In this document: piece by piece, positions 13,951 to 26,210 of the stretch | Numbering within the stretch: the stretch's first letter is position 1 | How the letters are laid out: every line of letters begins with the position of its first letter | NCBI GenBank assembly: GCA_002269645.1 | Contig: NIVC01003015.1 | Span: 1-64,000, forward strand | Source of the DNA: Macrostomum lignano | Taxonomy: Eukaryota | DNA: 64,000 nt | Direction of reading: 5' to 3' | Position numbers and translations under genes: made by a program | The notes under the pieces: model-generated | Databases searched by the model: none | What the model saw: only the letters and a program-made list of their open reading frames with translations | What the model was told of the DNA's origin: nothing

Positions 13951-16900
13951 TTAGCCCCGGCAGGCGGCCAGCCCGGCCACTGCCAGCAAGCTGGCCGCGA
14001 GCACCAGGAGTCGCTTGTCCGGCGCGCAGACGGCCATCGCGGCGCCAACATCGCTGCCGAAGGAGCGCGACAGCTGGCGCCTGGCGCCAATCGGATCGGC
14101 TGGATTGAGCGGCATTGGGCCGCGGAAGTTGTTCACCATTGGGCGGCGCAGGCCGGTGGTGCTGTTCTTCGGCATCGATAGGTTGCGGAATTTGTCCATC
14201 TGGGGGTTCGAATCCGCGTGCGAGTACATTAATTGGAGGCTCTTGTATGGCCCCAAAGGCTTGTTTTCCGAGCTCCCCCCTCAAGGCGCGGAGAGTGTAC
14301 ATTCCTGGCGAAAAGAAATCCAGGGCCGATGTACACCTTATGTGAATGTGCCTGCTTGCGGTGTACACTCACCGCCCTCATCCTGGTGTACACTCTCCGC
14401 CCTCATCCTGGTGTACACTCTCCGCCCTCAGCCTGGTGTACACTCGCCGCCCTCAACTGTGTACACTCACCGCCCTCAACTGTGTACACTCACCGCCCTC
14501 AACTGTGTACACTCACCGCCCTCAGCCTGGTGTAAACTCACCGCCCTCAACTGTGTACACTCACCGCCCTCAGCCTGGTGTACACTCACCGCCCTCAACT
14601 GTGTACACTCACCGCCCTCAGCCTGGTGTACACTCACCGCCCTCAACTGTGTACACTCACTGCACTCTGCGGAATCTTGATTGGCTCCCGGAACACGGTC
14701 CACATGACATTCTCCCGACAGTCCGGGGTGGTCAGCGAGCCGTAGTACACAAAATAGCTGGACATATCCTTCGGCAGTAGCTCTTTGATGCTGAAGGCGG
14801 GCAAGTTGACTCCCGGATTATTGTAGTCTTTGTTCACGCATTGGTCGCAGCTGGACACCTGCGGCCGGTCGAAGTAGCTTATGATCTCGCCGATGCCGCG
14901 GTCGGGGCTCAGCTGCACGCTGTTGTCGATCTGTTACGGTGCGAAAATGGGAGACATCAAAACATTCAATAGAGCCCTTGTAACATTCGATAGACATTCA
15001 ATAGACATTCAGTAGAGACATGGCAACATGCAATAGGCAAATCTTTTAGTCAAATTATTTTATGAATTCATTGATTCTTTCTCATAAATGCTTAACTATT
15101 ACTTACTAACATTTTTTAACTACTTGTAGTAGCATTTTCGACTTGTTGCCAAATATAATTTTTGGCATACAACAAAGTATTAAATAATATGGCTATGCAA
15201 GTATGATTTTTCGGCTTCTCTATTCAACTATTTATTTGAACTATTGTGCCATATTTTATTGTCACAATGCTTCAATATTAATATTCATAATTACCTCATA
15301 AAACACACCCAGAACGGCCAATCCATCGATTCCATGAGCGGCCTCTGCGAACGAGTCCCAGAATCGGCAGTCCCACATCACGATGTGACCCTGGATACAA
15401 GACATTGTTTTCAAGTTTGAATTGGCTACTCGTAACTTGACATATTTTGTTAAGTCTATTTTTGAAGCTCGAATATTTACTCAAGCATTTCAACTATTGG
15501 CAATGAGGCCCAACGATTGTGAAAGTGAATTTTCTAAAAGCCTACTGCCTATGGCCTGAGGTTTCACTGTCTATGGCTTGAGCTTTTCCTGTCTATGGCC
15601 CTAGCTTTCACTGTCTATGGCCTGAGCTTTCACTGTCTATGGCCTGAGCTTTGCTGTCTATGGCATGAGCTTTCGCTGTCTATGGCCTGAGCTTTCACTG
15701 TCTATGGTCTGCGCTTTCACTGTTTCACTGTCTATGGCCTGAGCTTTCACTGTCTATGGCCTGAGCTTTGCTGTCTATGGCATGAGCTTTCGCTGTCTAT
15801 GGCCTGAGCTTTCACTGTCTATGGTCTGCGCTTTCACTGTTTCACTGTCTATGGCCTGAACTTTCACTGTCTATGGTCTGCGCTTTCACTGTTTCACTGT
15901 CTATGGCCTGAACTTTCGCTGTCTATGGTCTGCGCTTTCATTGTCTATGGCATGAGCTTTCGCTGTCTATGGCCTAAGCTTTCACTGTCTATGGCATGAG
16001 CTTTTGCTGTCGATGGCCTAAGCTTTCACTGTCTATGGCCTGATCTTTCACTGTCTATGGCCTGAGCTGTCACTGTCTATGGCCTGAGCTTTCAATGTCT
16101 ATGGTCTATTATAGTTAAGCTCTAGAAGTCAAGTAAGAAGAAATGTATTAAATTAAAGCAGAAAGTAATATTGCAAATTAATTAACGAATACAGATTTTC
16201 AGTGCAGATTAGTTTCAAACCTCAAGCGGGTACTGCTTGCCCTCCAGCCAGTGCTCGGAGCCGATAGAATTCTTGTCGCCCCAGTGCCAGTGCACGTGAT
16301 GCGGCCTGAAGCACTCGCGCTCGTGCCGGTTGAGGCTGAGGTTCACTCGCATATTCTGGAAATCAACCAGCACTGGGGGTGGGAGATACCGGATTTATGA
16401 ATTCCATCTTTGCGTCAGACTTATCAATTTACAATGGCTGCAATTTACAATTTACAATGGATACCCTATAGACGGGGAATCCCCAAATATAATACCCTAT
16501 AGAAGGGAATCCCTTCATAATGATACCCTGCAGACGGAGGAATCCCCTCATGATGATAATCTCCCTATAGACGGGGAACTCCCTAATGATGATACCCTAT
16601 AGACGGGGAATCCCCAAATGAGGATACCCTGCAAACGGGGAATCCCCTCATGATGATACCCTACAGACGGGGAATCCCCTAATGATGATACCCTATATAC
16701 GGGAATCCATTTTTGATGATTACCCTATATACGGGAATCCATTTTTGATGATTACCCTATATACGGGGAATCCCTTGTTGATGATACCCTATAGACGGGG
16801 GAATCCCCTAATGAGGATACCCTCTATAATGGGAATCCCCTAATGAGAATACCCTCTATACGGGGAATCCTCTGTTGATTACACCTTAAAGGCGGGGAAT

Positions 16901-17266
16901 GATAATACTGACAAAAGAATAATTTTTAAAAAAATGTTTATATTACAAGGAAACATCAATGAGAAGAAAAAAAATTAAAATACCTTTGTGCCCATCGTTG
17001 AGAATTTTGTACTGTTTCCCGGCATAAGCCGGCTCGCTAATCGTGTAAGTGTCAAGCGACGGATCGTAAACAGACTGGGCTGTTGTCAGCTTAATCGGCG
17101 ACTGCTTCCTGCCGGAGCACCAGCGCTTGTACAGGTCCGGCCAGGCCGACGGCCCGTCTCCTTTGTCGTAGCCCCACTGGACCGGGTCGCCAGCCTCCGC
17201 TCCATTCAGCAGACACAGCAGCGTTACCACCGCAGCTCCACAAAGTAGTCCGCCTGAAACAGCCAT
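13951..17266 (-). CDS. Alpha-carbonic anhydrase with signal peptide and probable GPI anchor, 349 aa; exons complement(16984..17266, 16221..16372, 15295..15390, 14661..14930, 13951..14199)
   Basis: All four introns are GT-AG with consistent phases (1,0,0,0). Motifs: signal peptide MAVSGGLLCGAAVVTLLCLL; WGY..WP..C.GRKQSPI; NDGHK (His64 equivalent); HVHWHWG (two Zn His); GSEH; YPLEGH (third Zn His); DGLAVLG; YYGSLTTPDC.ENVMW; VNNFRG; hydrophobic C-terminus LLVLAASLLAVAGLAA. Confidence 0.93.
14361..14660. repeat. 23/25-bp minisatellite in CA intron 4, containing the true 5' splice site
   Basis: About 13 units of GTGTACACTCACCGCCCTCA(ACT/GCCTG). Confidence 0.95.
15548..16107. repeat. 22-bp minisatellite (CTGTCTATGGCCTGAGCTTTCA)n in CA intron 2
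   Basis: About 24 variable copies. Confidence 0.95.
16462..16870. repeat. About 32-bp minisatellite (GATACCCTATAGACGGGGAATCCCCTAATGAT)n in CA intron 1
   Basis: About 12 degenerate copies. Confidence 0.9.
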
Positions 17267-17737
17267 GCTTGCAAGAAGAAGAGTTCAACCAGAAGTTTGT
17301 TGCTGTTTCTACTAGGAGAGCTAACCCCCAAGACCGAGAAGAAAGTTTTCCAGAAAATTCTCTTAAAAACAGTTCTGCCTCTCCTGCTTCTTGCCCGAGT
17401 GCTGGCCGAGTTGCCCCCCCCCCCTTGCAGCCTGTCTGTCTCGCGGCTGTTTTGGCGAACAAATTTCGGACCAATGGGGAAGCTCCCTGTACTCAGCTGG
17501 ATCTCGATGAAGAAGAGAAAGTGAAGGTAGGCAGGGGGCGTCGGGGAAACGAGTCTTTCTCCTCTTTCTTGAGCTCGTCTCTTAACCGCGCATGGCGTGA
17601 GTGGCAAGTGGTTGAGGATGAGATGGACTCTCTCCGCCACCATTTCAACGAGCTTTTGCATCTGTTCAAATTTCCAATTCTTATGCTTTGCATCACTCGA
17701 TCTTGTCAATCATGCTTCCCACAGCTATCAATAGGCA

Positions 17738-18427
17738 ACTCCGGCCCTCGGATCCTTTGACACTTCAGAGTAGCAATGAGGTTTGTCTCTTCTCAGCTAC
17801 TTTCATCTCTCCTCTTATGTATATCCTCTCATCTCTCATCTTATGTATATCCTCTTATCTCTCATCTTATGTATATCCTCTCATCTCTCATCTTATGTAT
17901 ATCCTCTTATCTCTCCTCTTATGTATATCCTCTCATCTCTCATCTTATGTATATCCTCTCATCTCTCATCTTATGTATATCCTCTTATCTCTCATCTTAT
18001 GTGTATCCTCTTATCTCTCATCTTATGTATATCCTCTCATCTCTCATCTTATGTATATCCTCTTATCTCTCATCTCATGTATATCCTCTCATCTCTCATC
18101 TTATGTATATCCTCTTATCTCTCATCTTATGTGTATCCTCTTATCTCTCATCTTATGTATATCCTCTCATCTCTCATCTTATGTATATCCTCTTATCTCT
18201 CATCTCATGTATATCCTCTTATCTCTCATCTTATGTGTATCCTCTTATCTCTCATCTTATGTATATCCTCTCATCTCTCATCTCATGTATATCCTCTCAT
18301 CTCTCATCTCATGTATATCCTCTCATCTCTCATCTCATGTATATCCTCTCATCTCTCATCTTATGTATCCTCTCATCTTATCTTCTTACCCTCTCATCTC
18401 ATCTTCTCATCTCCCATCTCATGTATC
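17738..18427 (+). mobile_element. Partial hAT-type MITE whose CT-rich core has become a 26-bp minisatellite
   Basis: CCGGCCCTCGGATCCTTTGACACTTCAGAGTAGCAAT matches the copies at 34551-34920 and 61355-62074, and is followed by (ATCCTCTCATCTCTCATCTTATGTAT)n from about 17808. Confidence 0.6.
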
Positions 18428-19074
18428 CTTGCTGTATTTACTACTGCAGTATTAAGCCATGGGAAGTTACTGGATGGTAAGATAGGGGAGGATTTCTGGG
18501 TTGCTCGCTCACATGATTTTGGTTTTGGGAAGAAAATTTTCTGCTAGGGGGAGAGGGAAAAGGGAACTTTGGAGGGAGGGGAAGGGATGATGAGATGGGG
18601 AAGAAAGAGACCGTACAGAAGAAGATAGCAATGTTGATGCTGCAGCTAAAATCTCAGGGCCCTATAAAGAACTGTTGATAGAGGCGTTTCAGGCATTTGG
18701 AATCATCGTGTGTAGTTTAGGGATAGCTAGACGATAGGGAAGGGGAGTAGGCAGAGCTTTTAGTCATCGAATATCCCCGGGGGGGGGGGCGGCGGGGCGG
18801 TGACGAATCCAATTTTCGTCCTCTCGCCCAGATTCATAGAATTCGCAGCTTAGAGCAGCAGCAGCAGCAGTGGCTTATAATGGAGACTGACTGACTTATC
18901 AACTCTTAAGTAGGCTTGCGATTTCTGACCGAATTTTGTTCTATTTTTAGCTTATACAATATATCCCTCTCGATCCTTCTTTATCAGTGTCTGAGTCTTT
19001 GATCCAATTCCATCTATTTTATTTCATTTCATTCGGACATTCGATGTCATTCCATCTTTATACCAGATCATTGT

Positions 19075-21085
19075 AGTTCATGCCAATTCATCCCAGTTCA
19101 TTCCAGTTCATTCCAGTTCATTCCAGTTTATTCCTGTTCATTGCAGTTCATTGCAGTTCATTCCAGTTTATTCCAGTTCATTCCAGTTTATTCCTGTTCA
19201 TTGCAGTTCATGGCAGTTCATTCCAGTTAATTCCAGTTTATTCCAGTTTATTCCAGTTCATTCCAGTTTATTCCAGTTCATTCCAGTTTATTCCAGTTCA
19301 TTCCAGTTCATTCCTGTTCATTGCAGTTCATTGCAGTTCATTCCAGTTTATTCCAGTTCATTCCAGTTTATTCCAGTTCATTCCAGTTCATTCCTGTTCA
19401 TTGCAGTTCATTGCAGTTCATTCCAGTTTATTCCAGTTCATTCCAGTTTATTCCTGTTCATTGCAGTTCATGGCAGTTCATTCCAGTTAATTCCAGTTTA
19501 TTCCAGTAGTTTCCAGTTCATTCCAGTTTATTCCAGTTCATTCCAGTTTATTCCAGTTCATTCCAGTTCATTCCAGTTCAATCCAGTTTATTCCAGTTCA
19601 TTCCAGCTTATTCCAGTTTATTCCAGTTCATTCCAATTCATTCCAGTTCATTCCAGTTTATTCCAGTTCATTCCAGTTCATTCCAGTTCATTCCAGTTTA
19701 TTCCAGTTCATTCCAGTTCATACCAGTTTATTCCAGTTTATTCCAGTTCATTCCAGTTCATTCCAGTTCATTCCAGTTCATTCCAGTTCATTCCAGTTCA
19801 TTCCAGTTCATTCCAGTTCATTCCAGTTCATTCCTGTTCATTCCAGTTTATTCCTGTTCATTCCAGTTTATTCCAGTTTATTCCTGTTCATTCCTGTTCA
19901 TTCCAGTTTATTCCTGTTCATTTCAGTTCATTCCAGTTCATTCCTGTTTATTCCAGTTTATTCCAGTTCATTCCAGTTCATTCCAGTTCATTCCTGTTTA
20001 TTCCAGTTTATTCCTGTTCATTCCTGTTCATTCCAGTTTATTCCTGTTCATTTCAGTTCATTCCAGTTCATTCCTGTTTATTCCAGTTTATTCCAGTTCA
20101 TTCCAGTTCATTCCAGTTCATTCCAGTTCATTCCAGTTCATTCCAGTTCATTCCTGTTCATTCCAGTTTATTCCTGTTCATTCCAGTTTATTCCAGTTTA
20201 TTCCTGTTCATTCCTGTTCATTCCAGTTTATTCCTGTTCATTTCAGTTCATTCCAGTTCATTCCTGTTTATTCCAGTTTATTCCAGTTCATTCCAGTTTA
20301 TTCCTGTTCATTCCAGTTCATTCCAGTTCATTCCAGTTCATTCCAGTTCATTCCAGTTCATTCCAGTTCATTCCTGTTCATTCCAGTTTATTCCTGTTCA
20401 TTCCTGTTAATTCCAGTTTATTCCTGTTCATTTCAGTTCATTCCAGTTCATTCCTGTTTATTCCAGTTTATTCCAGTTCATTCCAGTTTATTCCTGTTCA
20501 TTCCAGTTTATTCCTGTTCATTCTAGTTCATTCCAGTTCATTCCAGTTTATTCCAGTTCATTCCAGTTTATTCCTGTTCATTCCAGTTTATTCCTGTTCA
20601 TTTCAGTTCATTCCAGTTCATTCCTGTTTATTCCAGTTTATTCCAGTTCATTCCAGTTTATTCCTGTTCATTCCAGTTCATTCCAGTTCATTCCAGTTCA
20701 TTCCAGTTCATTCCAGTTCATTCCAGTTCATTCCAGTTTATTCCTGTTCATTTCAGTTCATTCCAGTTCATTCCTGTTTATTCTAGTTCATTCCAGTTCA
20801 TTCCAGTTTATTCCAGTTCATTCCAGTTTATTCCTGTTCATTCCAGTTTATTCCTGTTCATTCTAGTTCATTCCAGTTCATTCCAGTTTATTCCAGTTCA
20901 TTCCAGTTTATTCCTGTTCATTCCAGTTTATTCCTGTTCATTCCAGTTTATTCCTGTTCATTCCAGTTTATTCCAGTTCATTCCAGTTTATTCCAGTTTA
21001 TTCCAGTTCATTCCAGTTCATTCCAATTTATTCCAGTTCATTTCATTTCATTTCATTTCATTCCAGTTCATTCCAGTTTATTCCA
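19075..21085. repeat. 10-bp satellite (TTCATTCCAG)n with TTTATTCCAG and TTCATTCCTG variants
   Basis: About 200 copies over 2 kb. Confidence 0.97.
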
Positions 21086-21434
21086 GATCATCATGTAAAT
21101 TTCTTTCGTTATCTTGCTTTGATCTCCAACCCAATCTCCAATTCGTCATCTCCCAGATGGTCCTGCACTTCGCATGCGCACACACCGAGTCAAATTTATT
21201 TTCGAGTAGCTTTAAATTTATGCGCGCGCATCGATCGGAGAAAGCTGAGTGGAGACTCGTATGAGAAGTTCTATCGATGAGGAGCACTGGAGATTACGGT
21301 CTGAAGCGGATTACATAGCTACTGAGCTCGAGCTCTACAAGAAATCGATGTTATACTGCATCCGTAACAACTGCTTTCCTTATGAAAACGTTGCTTCTAA
21401 CATTTCCTTATAGTTATTCGCTTCTCAAGCTCAT

Positions 21435-21705
21435 CCAGAGGAGAGCAAACTGTCAGAAGAGTGCTCAGTCAGAGGAGAGCAAACTGTCAGAAGAGTGCTC
21501 AGTCAGAGGAGAGCACACTGTTAGAAGAGTGCTCAGTCAGAAAGGGCAAACTTTCAGAAGAGTGAGTGCTCCAGTGTTCAGAGTGAGGGGAAAATGTCAG
21601 AGGACTGATTCAGAGAACAAACTGTCAGAAGAGTGAGTGCTCCAGTGTTCAGAGTGAGGGGAAAATGTCAGAGGACTGATTCAGAGAACAAACTTTCAGA
21701 AGAGT
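21435..21705. repeat. Short tandem duplications (about 34-bp x3, then about 70-bp x2)
   Basis: AGAGGAGAGCAAACTGTCAGAAGAGTGCTCAGTC repeats and a duplicated GAGTGCTCCAGTGTTCAGAGTGAGGGGAAAATG block. Confidence 0.75.
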
Positions 21706-21819
21706 GATGAATCTGAACAGAAAACTCTAGTAAAAGAACATCCTGTCAGCCCAGACTAAGACACGCATAGACGTGCATTTACAGTAGATGGAGGAACTCT
21801 TGTTGAGCACTTTTTAGTT

Positions 21820-22172
21820 TAACCTGGGCACCCTAACCTGGGCACCCTAACCTGGGCACACTAACCTGGGCACCCTAACCTGGGCACCCTAACCTGGGCA
21901 CCCTAACCTGGGCACACTAACCTGGGCACCCTAACCTGGGCACCCTAACCTGGGCACCCTAACCTGGGCACCCTAACCTGGGCACCCTAACCTGGGCACC
22001 CTAACCTGGGCACCCTAACCTGGGCACCCTAACCTGGGCACCCTAACCTGGGCACCCTAACCTGGGCACCCTAACCTGGGCACCCTAACCTGGGCACTCT
22101 AACCTGGGCACCCTAACCTGGGCACCCTAACCTGGGCACCCTAACCTGGGCACCCTAACCTGAGCACCCTAA
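21820..22172. repeat. 14-bp minisatellite (TAACCTGGGCACCC)n containing CCCTAA/TTAGGG
   Basis: About 25 near-perfect copies. Confidence 0.95.
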
Positions 22173-22674
22173 TAGTTGCATGTGGCTAAAACTCAAATTG
22201 GTTCTAGCAGCACTTGATGGGAGTGGGGGACTTCCGGTCAACCCGCATCCTGCAATACACACGCTCTCACCGGGTGTACAGCTGTCCTGACTTTCATATC
22301 GTCAGGCATCGCCTTGTAATTTCAGAAGACAACGCAAAATCAAATAACCAATCAAATTTGGGTCATTTACCTCTGACATGATTTGGCCCCCGTTAATCCT
22401 AAAAAATCTGTCTTTTGAATTGGGGTTTCCAGTTTCGGATGCGAAATCTGATCTGTTATACACAGTGTAATGAGAGGCTGGAGCCCAGGTCAGGTAATTT
22501 GGTACCGAGGACAAGGCAGGACTTTTGCAGGTGATTAATCTGTGTTGAGCTACAGTGCCTGTACTGTATGATGCCTTTGAGTGGTCAACAAGCGTCTTCT
22601 TCTCAACACGGATTATGGTAACTTTTGTGTATTAAATACGGCCTTGGATACGGCCTTGGAAACGGCCTTGGATA

Positions 22675-23391
22675 CGTCTTCTCTCTCCTCTCTCCTCTCT
22701 CCTCTCTTATCCTTCCTCTTTTTATCTCACCTCTCCTCTCTTCTCATCTCTCGTCTCTTCACTTTCTTCTCTGCTCTCAAATCTCCCCCCTCTCTCTTTT
22801 GTCATTTTTACTCTTTTATCTGTTCTCTCACCTATCTCCTCTGTACTCTTTTCTCCCCCTCTTCTGACGCGTCTCTTTCCTTTCTCCTCTCCTCTCTTCT
22901 CTCATCTATACTCTCTCCCTATCATCTCTCCTTTCATCTGTCTCATCTCTCTCATCTTATCTCTTCTCTGTTCTCTCTCATTCTTCCCTTTACTGTCTCA
23001 TCTCTCCTTTCTAATCTCTCCTCTTTCATCTCTCCTCTCTCCTGTCTTATCTCTTCTCTCTCCACAACGTTCGCTCATCTCTACTCTCTCCTCTCGATTC
23101 TCCCTCAGTCTTCTCACCTCTACTCTCTCCTCTCGCTTCTCTGGCCCTCTTTCTCTCTCTCCCTTCTTATCTTCCCTCTCCTCTCACTTCTCCCTCCCCT
23201 CTTCTCTCCTGTCTTCTCCCTTCTCTCTCTCCTTACCTCGTCTCTCCACTTATCTTCTATCCTTTCTCTCATCCCCTATCTCGCCTCTCCTCCCTTTTTA
23301 TAATTGTCTATTCTCTCTTTTTCACTCTCATCTGACCAGTAGCCGTGAGCTGGATTCTTTATCTGGCCTTTGAGGTAAAAGTCTTCCGACC
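22675..23391 (+). mobile_element. Degenerate copy of the hAT-type MITE (CT-rich core plus 3' end)
   Basis: A CT-rich tract ends in TCATCTGACCAGTAGCCGTGAGCTGGATTCTTTATCTGGCCTTTGAGGTAAAAGTCTTCCGACC, matching the corresponding end of the 34551-34920 copy. Confidence 0.65.
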
Positions 23392-24242
23392 AGAAAAATC
23401 AGACAAACTTTACATGCCTACAGTTTCCGTTCTGATTGAGTTACAGAGTTGAAACTTTATAATTAGACAGATAATAAGTGAATAAAAAATCTTGTCAAGT
23501 TTGAAGTCAATCGCTTCACCTGGAGCAAACTTATTGCAGCCGAAAGTTAGTCAATTTTAAAACTTCTTTTCCACATCTCGCCAAATAAAGGAAAGTAAGA
23601 GAGGCGGAGGTTGGGGTGGCTGTCTCGCAGACAAAACGCAGAGACTAACTTTAAAAGTGCACAGCGCCGTTCAGAATCAACTTTCTGACTCGAAATTTTA
23701 CACGATTGTGTCATAGTTGAAGATTGTTTGTGTCAAATTTGAGTAGGATTAGAAAAACTGGAGCGGCGCTATGGAAGGTTAAGTGAAAAAATCGCGCATT
23801 TTGAGCAGTTTTTTGCACTTTTAGGTAAGAATTTTAGTATGTAGGAAGACTTAAATTTATGAAATTTTAAGGTAGCCTGTAGTGAGTTTAGGGTGGGTGC
23901 AACATTTGGTTGAGCGGTTTGGGAGTCCATAGCGAAGTAAATTGTGCACAGAAACACATAGTTTTCATTTTAAAGGTATAGAAGATTTCTAAAGCGCAAT
24001 TTTCTTAAACAGAGTTTTGTGCGCACTTAAGTATAAGAAATAAAATCACTCAGTTCAATGGTTTACTGTAGATAATTTGACTTCAAAATATATACGAGTA
24101 TCACCAACCGCTTGCTGGCCGTAAACCATTCAACTATACTAAAAATTAGAGAAAAATTGTTCAACAAATCGGTAATCAAAGCGAGACTTTTGTGACTACT
24201 ATGAGTAGTTAAGGAACAACTTATTGTTATGGTTATAGCAAT

Positions 24243-25325
24243 CTAGTCAGATCTCTGCTGCAATCCAGTCAGATCTCTGCTGCAATCCAGTCAGATCTCT
24301 ACTGCAATCCAGTCAGATCTTTGCTGCAATCCAATCAGATCTCTGCTGCAATCCAGTCAGATCTCTGCTGCAATCCAGTCAGATCCCTACTGCAATCCAG
24401 TCAGATCCCTACTGCAATCCAGTCAGATCCCTACTGCAATCCAGTCAGATCTCTACTGCAATCCAGTCAGATCCCTACTGCAATCCAGTCAGATCCCTAC
24501 TGCAATCCAGTCAGATCCCTACTGCAATCCAGTCAGATCCCTACTGCAATCCAGTCAGATCCCTACTGCAATCCAGTCAGATCCCTACTGCAATCCAGTC
24601 AGATCCCTACTGCAATCCAGTCAGCTCCCTACTGCAATCCAGTCAGATCCCTACTGCAATCCAGTCAGATCCTTACTGCAATCCAGTCAGATCTCTGCTG
24701 CAATCCAGTCAGATCTCTGCTGCAATCTAGTCAGATCTCTACTGCAATCCAGTCAGATCCCTACTGCAATCCAGTCAGATCCCTACTGCAATCCAGTCAG
24801 ATCCCTACTGCAATCCAGTCAGATCCCTACTGCAATCCAGTCAGCTCCCTACTGCAATCCAGTCAGCTCCCCTACTGCAATCCAGTCAGATCCCTACTGC
24901 AATCCAGTCAGATCCCTACTGCAATCCAGTCAGATCCCTACTGCAATCCAGTCAGATCCCTACTGCAATCCAGTCAGATCCCTACTGCAATCCAGTCAGC
25001 TCCCTACTGCAATCCAGTCAGCTCCCCTACTGCAATCCAGTCAGATCCCTACTGCAATCCAGTCAGATCCCTACTGCAATCCAGTCAGATCCCTACTGCA
25101 ATCCAGTCAGATCCCTACTGCAATCCAGTCAGATCCCTACTGCAATCCAGTCAGATCCCTACTGCAATCCAGTCAGATCCCTACTGCAATCCAGTCAGAT
25201 CCCTACTGCAATCCAGTCAGATCCCTACTGCAATCCAGTCAGATCCCTACTGCAATCCAGTCAGATCCCTACTGCAATCCAGTCAGATCCCTACTGCAAT
25301 CCAGTCAGATCCCTACTGCAATCTA
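24243..25325. repeat. 22-bp minisatellite (CAATCCAGTCAGATCCCTACTG)n
   Basis: About 49 copies; source of the spurious 338-aa ORF. Confidence 0.97.
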
Positions 25326-26210
25326 ATTCATTCATAATCAGACCCGAATGTATAAAAAACGAGTTTCGAGGCCAATTGAACCAATTGATTTTAAAGCTAA
25401 GAATTTTACAAAGAGCGCATTAATGCAACTGTGTGATATTTTTATTTATTTATTTTATTTTTAGATGCGGTAAAACATTTTCCTACAGAGATCGCACAAT
25501 GTCAATGAATGGCTACATGCTTATATACATGTCTATATGCTTTGTAATGGAAATATTAATAATCAATATTGAATTACGACAGATTAATAGTAATGATACT
25601 CATATGTTGCAAGTCAAATAGACACAAGTATATAGATATAGACACATTAGTGAGTGTAACAAAAGAACAAAAATTCTAATGAGGGAATGAATGTCACGCG
25701 CTATGGATTGTAACATTAATTACAGAGAACAATTTATAATTATTAATATTAAACTATCGCATAACCAGCTGGTAGGAGAGATAAACAAAGTAAAGACGGG
25801 CAACAGAAAAAAAACTATTTACGAACTAGTTGGCGGTTAACACAGCAAGAGTTGGAACTCAACGATAAGTAGTATTTTTTTATAAACAACGTAAAATAAT
25901 CGCACAATATTCATGAATTTCTACTGACGAGTAGGCAGACGGAGACACGAATTGGGGGAGAGCAATGTATCGAAAAATGATAAGGAAAGGTTGGCCTTCA
26001 GTCGCGACAAAAACGCTGCAGTCTGTAACGGATATGCAGGTTAGTTTTGCTCAGTTGATTCAAAAATTTGAATTCGCGCGCGCGCACGACAAAAGTCTTT
26101 TGTTGGCGCCAATTCAAATTATTGCTAATCATTGAAGCAGGTTAATTAACCATTAATTAGCAATTAAGAATAGCAGCTTAGTTAACCAATCGATAAAAAA
26201 ACGTTCTGCT

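Noticed and set aside
17269-17760. 163-codon + strand ORF immediately upstream of carbonic anhydrase
   Set aside because: It has a non-ATG start and no recognisable domain, and it runs into a MITE; it is more likely CA 5' UTR or promoter sequence.
21261-22617. Exon-like snippets MRSSIDEEHWRLRSEADY... and PVLYDAFEWSTSVFFSTRIM (vaguely SET-like)
   Set aside because: I could not join them into a consistent spliced frame, and they are too short to support a call.
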